The notes under the pieces: generated by a model
Database searches by the model: none
What the model was told of the DNA's origin: nothing
The model's input: only the letters and a program-made list of their open reading frames with translations
Program-made: the position numbers and the translations under genes
Shown here: in pieces, positions 28,651 to 39,404 of the stretch
How the letters are laid out: every line of letters starts with the position of its first letter
Numbering within the stretch: position 1 is the first letter of the stretch
Assembly (NCBI GenBank): GCA_002728755.1
Contig: PBVT01000085.1
Span: 114,226 to 178,225, forward strand
DNA from: Myxococcales bacterium
GTDB taxonomy: Bacteria > Myxococcota_A > UBA9042 > UBA3505
Direction: 5' to 3'
Length of the DNA: 64,000 bases

Positions 28651-28801
28651 GAAATAGGTCCTTATGCAACGTTTGGGCGTTGTATCCAATGGGCTGATGG
28701 TGTCAATCAAAGCATGAGTAGCCCCTTTTATTTGGGTTCATCCTTGAGTAGACACAATTTTCCCCAGGGGACCTTTTTGGGCTATTTGCGGGTGCTACCG
28801 C

Positions 28802-30346
28802 TCATTTTCCGGTTCGGCCAAGGCGAGCCATGAGAGGCCTGGTAACGAGTGGACCGAAGCTCAAGACCACCAGAAGTCCGAAAACCAGATACAAGAATAG
28901 ATTCCCGAATCGGAGATACGGACTGCCTCCCGTATAGGGGCGAAAGGTGAAAACCTGCGCGGCAGCTTGAAAGACTGGGCTTCGATTGGAAATGGTTCCT
29001 CGCGGATCGACAAGGGCGCTGATTCCTGTGTTCGTCACACGAACAAGGGGACGCCGAGTTTCGACTGCTCGCACCGCTTGTGCCATCAGGTGGAGTTCGA
29101 GGGCCGCAGTGTTGCCAAACCAGACATCATTGGTGAGATTTACGATGAAGTCTGGATTCGTTCTCTGGACATCAGCACGTGTGCTACCGGGGAAGATGGT
29201 TTCGTAGCAGATCTGCGCGATAAACCGATGGGCACCCACCTGAAAGATCCCTGGGTTCTTTCCTGGTTGCATTCTTGTGAGCGATGGGAACCGTCGAGTA
29301 GCGCCGGGTATGAGGAACTGCAGCGGCAGCGTTTCACCAAATGGGACCAGGCGTTGTTTATGGTAGACCGCAGTCGAACCGTCTGCAGCGATCAAGATCG
29401 CGCTATTATGTTGGCCTTCGGTAGGGGATTGTGTGAGGGCACCAACGAAGAGAGGAATACCACCCCGATGGACGTCGGCCACAAAGCGAGTCGTCGCTCG
29501 ATGAGAGACGGGGAGTTCCTTCGAAGGGGTCTGCTGAAAGAAAAAGGGGAAACCGCCTTCTGGCCAGATCGTAAGATCTACATCCATTGGTAACCGTCGA
29601 TGCTGGTCCCATGTCTGTGCCAGGATATACCGCCGAGTGGGCTCGTCGGCGTTAATCTTGTCGATCGCCTTTATCATCGGTTGGACTACGCCAATTCGTA
29701 TCTCCTCTCCTTTTGACGGTGGAGCAAATTGAATCCAGCGAACCGTACCGTAGATCAGGACTACTCCCAGGATCAGACCGAGAACCAGGCCGGTCTTCTT
29801 CATGGTTTTTCGGTCGCGCGTGCCGTGTGGGGGGAGCCGCCTGGCGAGATAGGCCGCCGTAAATACGGCGAGAAAAGATAGTGTATGTACGCCGCCGATG
29901 TCGGCCATTTGAAGGAGGAACGGGCTTTTATAGAGGGCGTTTCCCAGATACCAGGGGAACACCGACGGCCAGATGGCTTCCAATAGGCAGAAGAGGCTGG
30001 CTGCAATAAGTGAGAAACGCAATGCGCCGCAGCCGTGTCCCAAACGACCGAGCAGCCATAGAAAGACACCTCCCAATGCGCCGTGGAAGAGAGCGTAGGC
30101 GAGGAGCACCAGTAGGCTGATGCCTTTGCCCACACCGCCCATCCGCTGGACCGTTCCCGCGATCCAATAAAACACCATGAGGTGTACCAGAGTGAAGTGA
30201 AGCCAGCCGACCAGAAAGCGTTTCCACCCTTTCAGGTCTGGAGCCTGGTTTAGTAGTGGTGCCAGGGCCACGAATACCAGTGGGAATAAGCCCACAGGTG
30301 GGAACGCAGCCCAATAGAGGCATGCCGATATAATTGCGGCCCACAT
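28802..30346 (-). CDS. lnt: Apolipoprotein N-acyltransferase
   Basis: TM N-terminus and nitrilase triad motifs WPEG, YHKQRLVPFGE, ICYE, plus NLTNDVWFG and RAVE. Start probably ATG 30346. Confidence 0.95.
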   Translation of the reverse strand: MWAAIISACLYWAAFPPVGLFPLVFVALAPLLNQAPDLKGWKRFLVGWLHFTLVHLMVFYWIAGTVQRMGGVGKGISLLVLLAYALFHGALGGVFLWLLGRLGHGCGALRFSLIAASLFCLLEAIWPSVFPWYLGNALYKSPFLLQMADIGGVHTLSFLAVFTAAYLARRLPPHGTRDRKTMKKTGLVLGLILGVVLIYGTVRWIQFAPPSKGEEIRIGVVQPMIKAIDKINADEPTRRYILAQTWDQHRRLPMDVDLTIWPEGGFPFFFQQTPSKELPVSHRATTRFVADVHRGGIPLFVGALTQSPTEGQHNSAILIAADGSTAVYHKQRLVPFGETLPLQFLIPGATRRFPSLTRMQPGKNPGIFQVGAHRFIAQICYETIFPGSTRADVQRTNPDFIVNLTNDVWFGNTAALELHLMAQAVRAVETRRPLVRVTNTGISALVDPRGTISNRSPVFQAAAQVFTFRPYTGGSPYLRFGNLFLYLVFGLLVVLSFGPLVTRPLMARLGRTGK

Positions 30347-30395
30347 GGATACGCGTCCGGAGGGCTGCTGGATTGATTTGGCTGGAGACCGTCCC

Positions 30396-31580
30396 TTAGT
30401 GTTCGGGGCCAAAGAGATCTCGTATCGCTGCCGGGAGTTCGTTTTCGGCACCACGGCTGCTTTTGCGGGTACGTTTGCGTGTTGCAGAGTTGGCTTTCGC
30501 GGGCGGTGGTTCTGGGTTGTCCTCGGGCAGTACCGGAGACACAAAGACGGACTCTACATGCGGGGCCTTAATCTCTACCGTGTCGTGTAGGTTTATCTGC
30601 GGGGTCCAGAACTTGGAGGGCCCTGGATGTTCGGTCGTTAGCGGATTATGAAGCCGCCCCCCAAAAACAAGCTCAAACTGGGTCCATGCGCTGGACACAT
30701 CTTTTTGGCAGACACCGAAGAATTGGCCGAGATAGGCATCGATTCGAGTTACGTCGTGAACGAGCAATGCCTCGATCGTATGGGATGCGTCGCCCCAGTT
30801 GGTGGTAGCACCTTTCTGTGCTGCGACCAGATGTTGGAGCCTCTCCAATTTTGCAGGTGGGAATCCGGTGATCTGGGCCGCGAGTTTGTCGAGCATTACG
30901 ACGCTCTTGATCCGGTGACCAATCACTTGCGTGTCATTTTGCATGGTATTCGGGCCGGACCAATGAAGCGCAAATAATCGACCGATATTATGGAGAAAGC
31001 CTCCGGCCAGCAGATAGTTTCTATCGACGAGTCCGGGGTAATAGCGTTGGTAGTGCTTTTCCATATCGTCGAGGATATGAAGTACGGAGAGCACATGCTC
31101 CATGAGCCCGCCCGAATAGTTGTGGTGGCCGGTTAAGGAAGCGGGTGCGTTTCGAAATCTGGACGACAGCTCTGGATCATCAAGAAAGTGGGTCAGTAGG
31201 GACCGAATATCCTGATCCTCGATCGTGGATATCGTATGTCTCAGAGCCCCAAACATGGTCTCCGAATCAAGGTTCGAGCTGGACAGATAATCGGTTGGAT
31301 CCAGGTCGGAACCAAGAATGGGTTCGACCATGTCGATATGGATCTGGAATTCATCCCCTTCGCGAGTAACGTGACCCTGGATGGAGACCAGTTGTCCTTC
31401 GGCAAGATTGAGTTCCGATTGATTCTCAACCCAGAGGGTTCCGGTGATCTGGTCCGATCCGTGGGCCAGAGTCAGCTCTGCGTACGTACCCCCAGACCGC
31501 GTCTTCTTGAAGTCGAGGGCGTGTAATAAAAATGTTTCTTGAAAGGAGGCGCCCGCCGTAAGCACCAGGGGTTTGAGCAT
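30396..31580 (-). CDS. OB-fold + HD-domain protein, YhaM/Cbf1-like, with degenerate active site
   Basis: N-terminal OB fold (KTRSGGTYAELTL..GQLVSIQGHV), APAS..HHNYSGGLMEH, LHNIGR. Confidence 0.85.
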   Translation of the reverse strand: MLKPLVLTAGASFQETFLLHALDFKKTRSGGTYAELTLAHGSDQITGTLWVENQSELNLAEGQLVSIQGHVTREGDEFQIHIDMVEPILGSDLDPTDYLSSSNLDSETMFGALRHTISTIEDQDIRSLLTHFLDDPELSSRFRNAPASLTGHHNYSGGLMEHVLSVLHILDDMEKHYQRYYPGLVDRNYLLAGGFLHNIGRLFALHWSGPNTMQNDTQVIGHRIKSVVMLDKLAAQITGFPPAKLERLQHLVAAQKGATTNWGDASHTIEALLVHDVTRIDAYLGQFFGVCQKDVSSAWTQFELVFGGRLHNPLTTEHPGPSKFWTPQINLHDTVEIKAPHVESVFVSPVLPEDNPEPPPAKANSATRKRTRKSSRGAENELPAAIRDLFGPEH

Positions 31581-31693
31581 CGATGAACCTCCATTCGTTC
31601 ACGAACCCACTGTATTAATCGGCACGGCTTCCAAAAGATGGAATCTGACGCTCGAATTTCTATTGGCTACGGCAAAAATTCTTGAAGAACCCG

Positions 31694-33256
31694 TCAGGAT
31701 TCACCGGAATCGACAAGGTTTTCGGCCCAAACGACCTGGTTTCTACCTGCGTTTTTCGCTGTGTAGAGCGCCGCATCTGCGGTGTCCATAAGCTTCTTCA
31801 GCAGCTTGCCCGCCTCTCGTGGATTGGCCACATTACCGTTCCAGGTGACCCCTCCGATGGATGCGGTCACCTTAACCGGATGCGTTGGTGTGGAGAGATC
31901 CTGATTTTCGAGAGCTACACGTAGGCGTTCGGCACCTCTCTTACCCTGGTCCATATCGGTTTCAGGGAAAAGGACGCACATTTCTTCACCACCAATACGG
32001 GCTTTGATGTCGATGGTACGATGAACTCGTTGCATCGTACGTGCCACGGCTTGAAGGACCGCGTCTCCAAAGGGGTGTCCAAAAGAGTCGTTAATTCGTT
32101 TGAAGTGATCCAGGTCCAATACGATAAGGGAGAGCGCCTTCCCCGATCGACTATGACGTAATATTTCCGAGAGCGAAGCCTCCAGGAATCGTCGTCGATT
32201 CGCCAGGTTTGTCAGGGGGTCGTAATAGGCCAGTTGCTCAAGGCGTGAATTCGCTTCTCGCAGTTCCTGCGCAAGACGTTCCTTTTCGCCCAATGCCTGT
32301 TCCAGGGCCCAGGTAAGCTCCTGATAACTCATCGTCTCCTGCGCTAACTTTCGGTTTGCGTCCTGAAGTACTTCCTGGAATGTAGCCTGCTCCTCCACTC
32401 GTAGACCGAGTGTTGTTGCGACCTCCTCGACCGCTGGGGGAATGCTGGTGAGTAGATCGTCTACGCGCTTAAGGGACATGGAGAAGGGTGGTTTGACGAG
32501 ATAGGCGCGTACCCGATCCAGGGCCTTTCGCTTATCTGGGCTTCCAAATACGGAGCATACCCAGTCGGCCGCAGTGGCTATTTTACACATCTGTCGCAGG
32601 TATAAGGGTACCTTCGCGAGTGATGATGCATGGTGATACGCGATAGGTACGGCGATCTCTTCGGGTAATGCCCAGGTACGGGCGAGGAGTAGGCCGATGC
32701 GGTCATGGGTTACGCCAAAGATCTCCCGTTCTCGTTCCCGCCGTTCTTCCGGGTACATGGAGCGCATTGTCTTCCAGTGGGACGCCTTCTCGGGTTTGGC
32801 GAAGAACATGGCCAGAACCCCGAAGTCTTGTAGCAGTCCAACCGTAAAGGCTTCTTCGGGGTCCAACTTGAGCTTTTGTCCGAGGAGTCGTGCGGCGACA
32901 CCTCGCCGCAGGGCGTCTTCCCAATAGCTCACCATGTCCAAGCCTGGAATAGCGTTTGGGCGTACCGAGTCTCGAACAGCGAAACATAAGGCGATACTTC
33001 GTAGGGAGCGGTTACCTAGTACTGTAACGGCGTCCTGGGCAGAAGTGACCTTCCGTTTGAATCCGAAGAACGCTGAGTTTACCGTACGGAGAATTTCCGC
33101 TGTAAGGACCGGATCTGCGGCGACGATTTTGGCGAGACGGGTAGAGCCTACTTCCGGATCACCACACGCTTGGACAATTCTGGCCGCGGTCTGGGGTGGG
33201 GCAGGAAGATCCGCAGGCTTGATCTGAGAAATGTCCTTTTGAGCATCAGAAGTCAT
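31694..33256 (-). CDS. HDOD-domain diguanylate cyclase
   Basis: HDOD (DPVLTAEILRTVNSAFFG), coiled coil, DPLTNLANRR, DLDHFKRINDSFGH, RxxD I-site (RTID) and GGEEM. Confidence 0.93.
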   Translation of the reverse strand: MTSDAQKDISQIKPADLPAPPQTAARIVQACGDPEVGSTRLAKIVAADPVLTAEILRTVNSAFFGFKRKVTSAQDAVTVLGNRSLRSIALCFAVRDSVRPNAIPGLDMVSYWEDALRRGVAARLLGQKLKLDPEEAFTVGLLQDFGVLAMFFAKPEKASHWKTMRSMYPEERREREREIFGVTHDRIGLLLARTWALPEEIAVPIAYHHASSLAKVPLYLRQMCKIATAADWVCSVFGSPDKRKALDRVRAYLVKPPFSMSLKRVDDLLTSIPPAVEEVATTLGLRVEEQATFQEVLQDANRKLAQETMSYQELTWALEQALGEKERLAQELREANSRLEQLAYYDPLTNLANRRRFLEASLSEILRHSRSGKALSLIVLDLDHFKRINDSFGHPFGDAVLQAVARTMQRVHRTIDIKARIGGEEMCVLFPETDMDQGKRGAERLRVALENQDLSTPTHPVKVTASIGGVTWNGNVANPREAGKLLKKLMDTADAALYTAKNAGRNQVVWAENLVDSGES

Positions 33257-33382
33257 AAATTAAAGGGTCCTGATCGTCGAGACCACTCGACGACTTAACG
33301 AAAATCACCACTCTCCCGTCCAAGTCCGGTGGTTTGATCCATATATCTTATCAGGTTCCGGAGAAGTCTTCATCCGGTGACA

Positions 33383-34879
33383 TCAACTCTTTTCCGCACC
33401 AAAATTTTCGCCGTCATGGGACCAGACGACCGTCTTCCCTCGATGGTCCACGGTGCGAATATGAACCGGTCGCTGCCAGAGTGCGAGCACGTTCTGGAGC
33501 GTTCGTTTGGCGTAGGTCTTATCCAGGCCGGTCTGATCGGTTCGATGGGCTAGCAGTAGTTCCCCTCGATTTCGATAGTTCGCATCTTCAACCACTACAA
33601 CGGGTTGCCCTGAGTTTGTGAGCTGGAACAGAAGTCGCTCTCGCACCTTATCTGGGTCGCGGCTATCGATAATCCACTGCCCCCGTTTGGGATCGAACCG
33701 ATAGTTGTAGAGATCCAACCGCTCGATCATTGCCGGGGTCAAAAACTCATCAATAAAAGTGACGTCGTTATGTAGTTTACGGACCTCAAAGATTTTCTCT
33801 CGACCCATACCGAGATGACGGTTCCAATTACTGCGTTGTCGGAAATCGTCGCATGCGTTCCACTCTTCTCCGAATTGCCCCTTATCCCAACGTTCCTCAA
33901 TATCCCGAAACAGCTCAAGGCCGATTTTATAGGGGTTGGTTTGTCCTGGGGCTGTGGCCATTGTGGCGGAATGGGTTTCAGCAAAGTCGACAATCTCTCC
34001 GGCGTCGGCGAGACCTGACGTCATCATCTTACTGTGCCAATAGCTCGCCCAACCTTCATTCATGATCTTGGTCTGGCGTTGTGGTGTGAAATACAGCGCC
34101 TCTTCACGCAACATCCCCAGTATATGTCGTTGCCAGCGCTCCAGGGGGGCGTGCTCCATCAGAAATCCCATGATGTCCCGTTCGGGTTGTTCCGGGAACC
34201 GCACTCGCCCCTGCTGTTTTTCTTCCTTAATCTTTCGCTGCTCCGCAATATATTCGGGCGGATTGATCCAGTTCTCCATATAGGACTTATCGACTTTGAG
34301 GCGGGGCACCGTCTGGCGTTCACGGGGATCGTGTTCTTCCTCGGCCAGGGGCTCGTCGATACGGTTTTCTGGGCGGGCCGCTGGTGCGAAAGGATCGATG
34401 AGATTGTCTATGGATAGACAGGAGTCCACGAACTGTTCCACGAGGTCGATACCGTACTGATCCATATACCGCCGAATGCGAACCCCATGGTTCGCTGTGG
34501 TGTCGATCATTTTACGGTTGGTACGTGCGAAGTAGTAGTTGTTCTTAAAGAAATCGCAATGGCCATACACATGGGCCATCACCATCTTCTGCTCCATATC
34601 GCTATTGCCTTCCAGAAGGTAGGCGTAGCAGGGATCATTATTGACCACGAGCTCGTAGATTTTCGCCAGGCCGTAGCCGTGCAATTTGTAGTTTCTTTCG
34701 AACTCCATTCCAAAACGCCAATGTGGATATCGTTTTGGAAATCCTTCGAATGAAGCCACCTCGCACATTCGTTTGTAGTCCACCAGAACGAAAACGGTCT
34801 CAAAGAAGTCCAAGCCCTGCTCTAGAGATAGGTCTCGGATATGATCACGATATTGGGCGAGTGGTTCTGGAAGCCCCAT
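33383..34879 (-). CDS. spoVR: SpoVR family protein
   Basis: Motifs RYPHWRFG, IYELVVNNDPC, AHVYGHCDFFKNN, TKIMNEGWASYWH, NPYKIG. Start moved to ATG 34879, just after the yeaH stop. Confidence 0.96.
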   Translation of the reverse strand: MGLPEPLAQYRDHIRDLSLEQGLDFFETVFVLVDYKRMCEVASFEGFPKRYPHWRFGMEFERNYKLHGYGLAKIYELVVNNDPCYAYLLEGNSDMEQKMVMAHVYGHCDFFKNNYYFARTNRKMIDTTANHGVRIRRYMDQYGIDLVEQFVDSCLSIDNLIDPFAPAARPENRIDEPLAEEEHDPRERQTVPRLKVDKSYMENWINPPEYIAEQRKIKEEKQQGRVRFPEQPERDIMGFLMEHAPLERWQRHILGMLREEALYFTPQRQTKIMNEGWASYWHSKMMTSGLADAGEIVDFAETHSATMATAPGQTNPYKIGLELFRDIEERWDKGQFGEEWNACDDFRQRSNWNRHLGMGREKIFEVRKLHNDVTFIDEFLTPAMIERLDLYNYRFDPKRGQWIIDSRDPDKVRERLLFQLTNSGQPVVVVEDANYRNRGELLLAHRTDQTGLDKTYAKRTLQNVLALWQRPVHIRTVDHRGKTVVWSHDGENFGAEKS

Positions 34880-34883
34880 ATGA

Positions 34884-36008
34884 CTATTTCCCCGTTCCAA
34901 GAAAGTCTTTAATGGACTGCATAATGGCGTCTCTTCCGGGGATTTCGGAGAGAACCACCTGATCGTTTTTTGAGAAATGCTCGCGCAAATCCTTGATAAA
35001 CTGACCGCTTCCGTATGCGGAAACGACCTGCCCATAACAGAAGATATTACTGTGGGGCAGGATGTGTTCGCGCAGAAGAGCCATGCAGACATCGGTGTCG
35101 TCTAGCGACCAATTATCTCCATCGCTGAAATGGAATGGATAGATATTCCAGTCCGACGCTGGGTATTCGTTGGATATGATGTCTGACGCGAGCTTGTAGG
35201 CACTACTGATCATCGTGCCGCCAGATTCGCGAGTATGAAAGAACGTCTCTCGGTCTACTTCGCGGGCGACGGCGTCATGGATAATGTAACGAGTCTCCAG
35301 ACCTTCGTATTGCGAGCGTAGCCAGGTATCGATCCAGAAGGACTCGATACGAACGATTTCTTTCTGCTCGTCACCCATGGAGCCGGAAACATCCATCATA
35401 TAGATGATCACCGCATTGGTTTCCGGTTGCTTTTCCTCTTTCCAGGAACGGAAACGCATATCATCACGAATTGGGACAACGATGGGGTTGTCCGGGTTGT
35501 AGTTTCCTACGGTTACCTGCCGACGTAGAGCTTCCCGATAGGTTCGCTTGAAGTGTCGTAGGGAATGCGGCCCAGTACTTCGGATCGAGTTATATCGTTC
35601 CTTTGTGCTGGCAATGTTTTTTCTACCCTTGGGCTCGATGCGGGGCAACTGTAGCTCTTCCCCCAGGATTTCCGCCAACTCATGAATTTTGATGTCGACT
35701 TCGAGCTCATGCTCACCCGGAGCTTGACCGGCCTTACCGCCACCTTCACCTTCACCGGGTTCTCCACCCAGGGAGTCACCGGGCTCGCCCTCTCCCTGAC
35801 CAACGCCCCCACTGTTCTTCTTGCCATAGCGGAATCGAGGTGTGTCGATCTGTGGGATGTTGATCGAGACTTTATCTTTTCCTCTACGCCCCAGGATCGA
35901 CCCGTTGCTGATGAATTCTTTCAGATTGTCACGGATATTTCCCTTAACGATCTCTTTGAATCGCCAATGGTCCCGTTCAATATTGAGAATATCTGACTCT
36001 GTTGGCAT
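34884..36008 (-). CDS. yeaH: YeaH/YhbH (DUF444) vWA-like protein
   Basis: Motifs [27 protein letters not shown]; located between prkA and spoVR. Confidence 0.95.
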   Translation of the reverse strand: MPTESDILNIERDHWRFKEIVKGNIRDNLKEFISNGSILGRRGKDKVSINIPQIDTPRFRYGKKNSGGVGQGEGEPGDSLGGEPGEGEGGGKAGQAPGEHELEVDIKIHELAEILGEELQLPRIEPKGRKNIASTKERYNSIRSTGPHSLRHFKRTYREALRRQVTVGNYNPDNPIVVPIRDDMRFRSWKEEKQPETNAVIIYMMDVSGSMGDEQKEIVRIESFWIDTWLRSQYEGLETRYIIHDAVAREVDRETFFHTRESGGTMISSAYKLASDIISNEYPASDWNIYPFHFSDGDNWSLDDTDVCMALLREHILPHSNIFCYGQVVSAYGSGQFIKDLREHFSKNDQVVLSEIPGRDAIMQSIKDFLGTGK

Positions 36009-36043
36009 GGCAGTGATGGGTTAAATCAGGATGTGAAGCCGCT

Positions 36044-38098
36044 CTAGTCTCCCTCTTTGGCGTCGCCGCGGGCAAAGATACTGGCCACATAATTGAGAAC
36101 ATCGGTGGCGCTCTCTTCGTTGTAGCCGTAGTCCCGAATCAATCGCTGTTTTACGACATCGATTTTACTCTGGGTTTCGCGGTCCACGACGTTGGAGACC
36201 AGGGTCGACAATTTGATGGTGTCTTTTTGATCTTCAAACAGCTTCAGCTCGAGAGCTTTACGAAGGCGTTCGTTGCTTCGGTAATCGAAGGTCTTTCCTT
36301 CGACGGCGAGAGCACCAATATAGTTCATGATCTCACGACGGAAATCGTCTTTGCGCGCCTCTGGTACGCCGATCTTTTCTTCGATGGCGCGCATGAGACG
36401 CTCATCTGGATCTTCCGATTGACCGGTATACTGATTCTGAACGCGTTCACGTTGCGTATATGCCTTCACATTATCTACGTAGTTACTACATAGGTGCTCG
36501 ATGGCTTCTTCATCCGCACTGATGGCGCGCTGCACTTCGTTCTTGATGATGTCTTCGTATTCCTGTTTCACCAGACTCATCAGCTCGCGATAGCGTTTCT
36601 TAGTCTCCTCATCGTTGATGAGGCTATGGGTTTTGAGTCCTGAAATTAATGCGTTCATCACCATGAAGGGGTTGATGCTGCCATGCCCTTCTCTTGCAAC
36701 AAGTGCATTGGAGATCTTGTCCTGGACATAACGAGCACTGATACCGAGCATACCTTCTCGCCGGGCTTCTTTACGAAGCTCTTTGATATTGTCTGCTGTG
36801 TAACCCGGAAGAGATTTGCCGTTATATAGTTTCATCTTCTGGATGATCGACAGGTTCGGCCGGTTGGGCTCTTCGAGTCGAGAGAGGACCGCCCACATAG
36901 CCGCGACTTCGAGGGTATGGGGCGCAATATGAACGCCCTTTACCGATTCGTTGTTAAAGTCTTTGTCGTAGATGCGAACTTCTTCGTCGACGCGCGTGAT
37001 ATAGGGAATATCAATCTTGATCGTACGATCGCGGAGGGCTTCCATGAACTCGTTATTCAAGAGGCGCCGATACTCCGCCTCATTGGTGTGCCCAATAATC
37101 ACTTCGTCAATATCCGTCTGCGCGAATTTCTTCGGTTTAATCTTATGTTCCTGGGTGGCCCCCAGAAGATCGTAGAGGAACGCTACGTCCAACTTCAGAA
37201 TTTCGACGAACTCGATGATTCCACGATTTGCGATGCAGAATTCTCCATCGAAATTGAACGCCCGTGGGTCGGAGTCCGACCCATATTCCGCGATCTTACG
37301 GTAGTTGATGTCTCCAGTAAGCTCGGTGCTATCCTGATTCTTCTCGTCTTTGGGCTGGAAGGTACCGATACCGACACGGTCCTTTTCGCTAAAGGCAAGA
37401 CGACGGACACGGATATGTTTACTTATCATCTGCTCCCAATCACCCTCGTACCGACCCAGTAGCTCCTGGAAGTAGAAGCGGCTGGGCGGACATAGGTCCT
37501 GGTTCAAGAGGTGATGGAGCGGGTATTCGTAATTCAACAGGCCGAGCTCTTCCATGGCGGTATGGCGCCATTCATGGGGAATCAGAAGAAGCGGCTCTTC
37601 ATGGACAGGGCTTACGAAGGTTTCATCACTGTGTTCGCTCGGCAGTACCCATTCAAACGAATAGAGGGCGCCTTCCGGTGAGCGCGTGTATTTTTCCAAT
37701 CCCTTTTTCAGGAGCCGAACTACGGTTGATTTCGCCGAGCCGACCGGTCCGTGAAGGAGAAGGATTCGCTTTTCTGGTCCGAAGCCCTGGGCGGCCGCCT
37801 TGAATACATCCATCAATTTCATGACGGGAATTTCAAGACCGAAGATTGCGTCCTTTCCGTCGGCGCCTTCATCCGAGAAGAAGTTATACCGAATAATCTT
37901 CTTCTTATTATCTACGTATTCCTCCATGCCGTGTGCGACAACCATGTCGTAAAGACGTTGCCAGGCATTGCGCAGTACACGCGGATTATCTGCCACAATA
38001 TCTAGATAATCTTCAAAGCTTCCTGTCCAGGAAAGCTCTTTGAATTCCTTAATACTGTGGTGCTGTGCCAGTGATGATAGGCGATTCTCGGAACTCAT
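36044..38098 (-). CDS. prkA: PrkA/YeaG AAA+ serine protein kinase
   Basis: Walker [38 protein letters not shown]. Confidence 0.97.
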   Translation of the reverse strand: MSSENRLSSLAQHHSIKEFKELSWTGSFEDYLDIVADNPRVLRNAWQRLYDMVVAHGMEEYVDNKKKIIRYNFFSDEGADGKDAIFGLEIPVMKLMDVFKAAAQGFGPEKRILLLHGPVGSAKSTVVRLLKKGLEKYTRSPEGALYSFEWVLPSEHSDETFVSPVHEEPLLLIPHEWRHTAMEELGLLNYEYPLHHLLNQDLCPPSRFYFQELLGRYEGDWEQMISKHIRVRRLAFSEKDRVGIGTFQPKDEKNQDSTELTGDINYRKIAEYGSDSDPRAFNFDGEFCIANRGIIEFVEILKLDVAFLYDLLGATQEHKIKPKKFAQTDIDEVIIGHTNEAEYRRLLNNEFMEALRDRTIKIDIPYITRVDEEVRIYDKDFNNESVKGVHIAPHTLEVAAMWAVLSRLEEPNRPNLSIIQKMKLYNGKSLPGYTADNIKELRKEARREGMLGISARYVQDKISNALVAREGHGSINPFMVMNALISGLKTHSLINDEETKKRYRELMSLVKQEYEDIIKNEVQRAISADEEAIEHLCSNYVDNVKAYTQRERVQNQYTGQSEDPDERLMRAIEEKIGVPEARKDDFRREIMNYIGALAVEGKTFDYRSNERLRKALELKLFEDQKDTIKLSTLVSNVVDRETQSKIDVVKQRLIRDYGYNEESATDVLNYVASIFARGDAKEGD

Positions 38099-38294
38099 GA
38101 GACGGCTACCTCATATGAGGGGTGAAAGAACCAGGAGCAAATCGTTCGGAACATTGGAAACCAACGAAAATTGATCCCCCTTATTCAGCATGCTATCAGG
38201 CCCGCGCGAGGATTGCCATCCTGAGTTTTTGCTCCCTAACACACTGAATTCAGTCATGTTTATCACCACCGTTCGTGATCGGCGATATGTAAAA

Positions 38295-38395
38295 GGGGGG
38301 CTTGTGGAGCGGACATGGGGTCCGCGGGATCGGGGTAGCGGGTCGTGCCCAAGAGAGGTGGCGATTTCGGGCACTGGGTGCAACACAAGCCCCCC
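38295..38395. ncRNA. Candidate structured RNA/element: 12-bp closing stem enclosing internal hairpins
   Basis: GGGGGGCTTGTG (38295-38306) pairs with CACAAGCCCCCC (38384-38395). Internal stems: GCGGAC/GTCCGC (38309-38325) and GTGCCC/GGGCAC (38345-38374). On the minus strand the structure is followed by TTTT. Confidence 0.5.
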
Positions 38396-38444
38396 ACAGA
38401 TAACCATTCGGACCGAAATTTCGAATCTGTAGAGCCCGCTGTAA

Positions 38445-39404
38445 TTATTGATGTCGTTTTTTGTGCCAGGCGATGGTTTTGGCGAGTCCTTCCGCGAGGG
38501 GCACCTGTGGTTTATAGCCAAGAGTGCGAAGCTTCTGGGTAGACGGACAACGACGTATAGGGCTACCGGTTCGGCGCTCGGAAGGGATCGTTTTTAATTT
38601 GAGTTCGAGTGCCCCGGCGAGGAGCTCATTGAGCTGGTCGATAGTCACTTCATCTTCTGTACCGAGATGGTAAATCGTACCGGCTTCCCCCTCCATGCCG
38701 GCCAGGGCCAGTCCACGGACACAATCATCGATATAGCAGAACGCGCGGGTCTCCTTACCGGTTCCTTCGATTGGAATAGACACGTCATCAGCGTCGGATT
38801 CGGAGGCAGCCGTCATCATCTTTTCAATAAGTTGCGGGATAACGTGGTCGCCTCCCATATCCGGTCCGTAGATATTATGTGGTCGGACGATAACCGTCTC
38901 GAGTCCACGTGCGGGTCCCATATGGAGGCATAGAAGTTCACCTGCGATCTTACTACCCGCGTACGAGAATCGGGGGTTGGTCGGGTCGGCGATTACCAGA
39001 GGATGTGTTTCGGGCGTAGGGATCTGCTGGGCATCTCCATACACCTCACTGCTGCTGACGAAGACAAGTCGTTGAAGCTGATGGGCGAAGGCCGCCTGGA
39101 GCACATTCAATGTACCCCCGATGCCAACATCAATGACTGTATCTGGTACGGCGTAGAAGTTCTTCGTGCCGTTAACCGCTGCCAGGTGCCAGACCATCTG
39201 GCAGCCACTGGTAGCCTCGAGCACCTCCTGGGGATTACGAATATCACCGCGTATATAGTCGATTCTATCCGCCAGGTCCGCGAGCCGGTGGGGGTCACCA
39301 CGAGATACATCATCGAATATACGAACCGTATGACCAGCTTCGACAAGGTGCCTGGTAAGGGCGGCTCCAATGAAGCCCATCCCCCCGGTGATCAACATCT
39401 TCAT
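38445..39404 (-). CDS. NAD-dependent nucleotide-sugar epimerase/dehydratase (extended SDR)
   Basis: Motifs TGGMGFIG, HLAA, SSSEVYG, YAGSK, RPHNIYGP. Overlaps the upstream stop (ATGA). Confidence 0.93.
   Translation of the reverse strand: MKMLITGGMGFIGAALTRHLVEAGHTVRIFDDVSRGDPHRLADLADRIDYIRGDIRNPQEVLEATSGCQMVWHLAAVNGTKNFYAVPDTVIDVGIGGTLNVLQAAFAHQLQRLVFVSSSEVYGDAQQIPTPETHPLVIADPTNPRFSYAGSKIAGELLCLHMGPARGLETVIVRPHNIYGPDMGGDHVIPQLIEKMMTAASESDADDVSIPIEGTGKETRAFCYIDDCVRGLALAGMEGEAGTIYHLGTEDEVTIDQLNELLAGALELKLKTIPSERRTGSPIRRCPSTQKLRTLGYKPQVPLAEGLAKTIAWHKKRHQ

Noticed and set aside
38204-38218. sigma54-like site for prkA (TGGCAATCCTCGCGC, minus strand)
   Set aside because: GG-N10-GC spacing is right but the -12 element lacks TT; too weak to call.
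38295-38395. SRP RNA or tRNA-Sec identity for the structured element
   Set aside because: No conserved SRP domain IV sequence, no T-loop, no UCA anticodon arm, no CCA.
38111-38542. Short ORFs in the prkA upstream spacer
   Set aside because: No motifs or convincing RBS; the region is better explained as regulatory or structured sequence.
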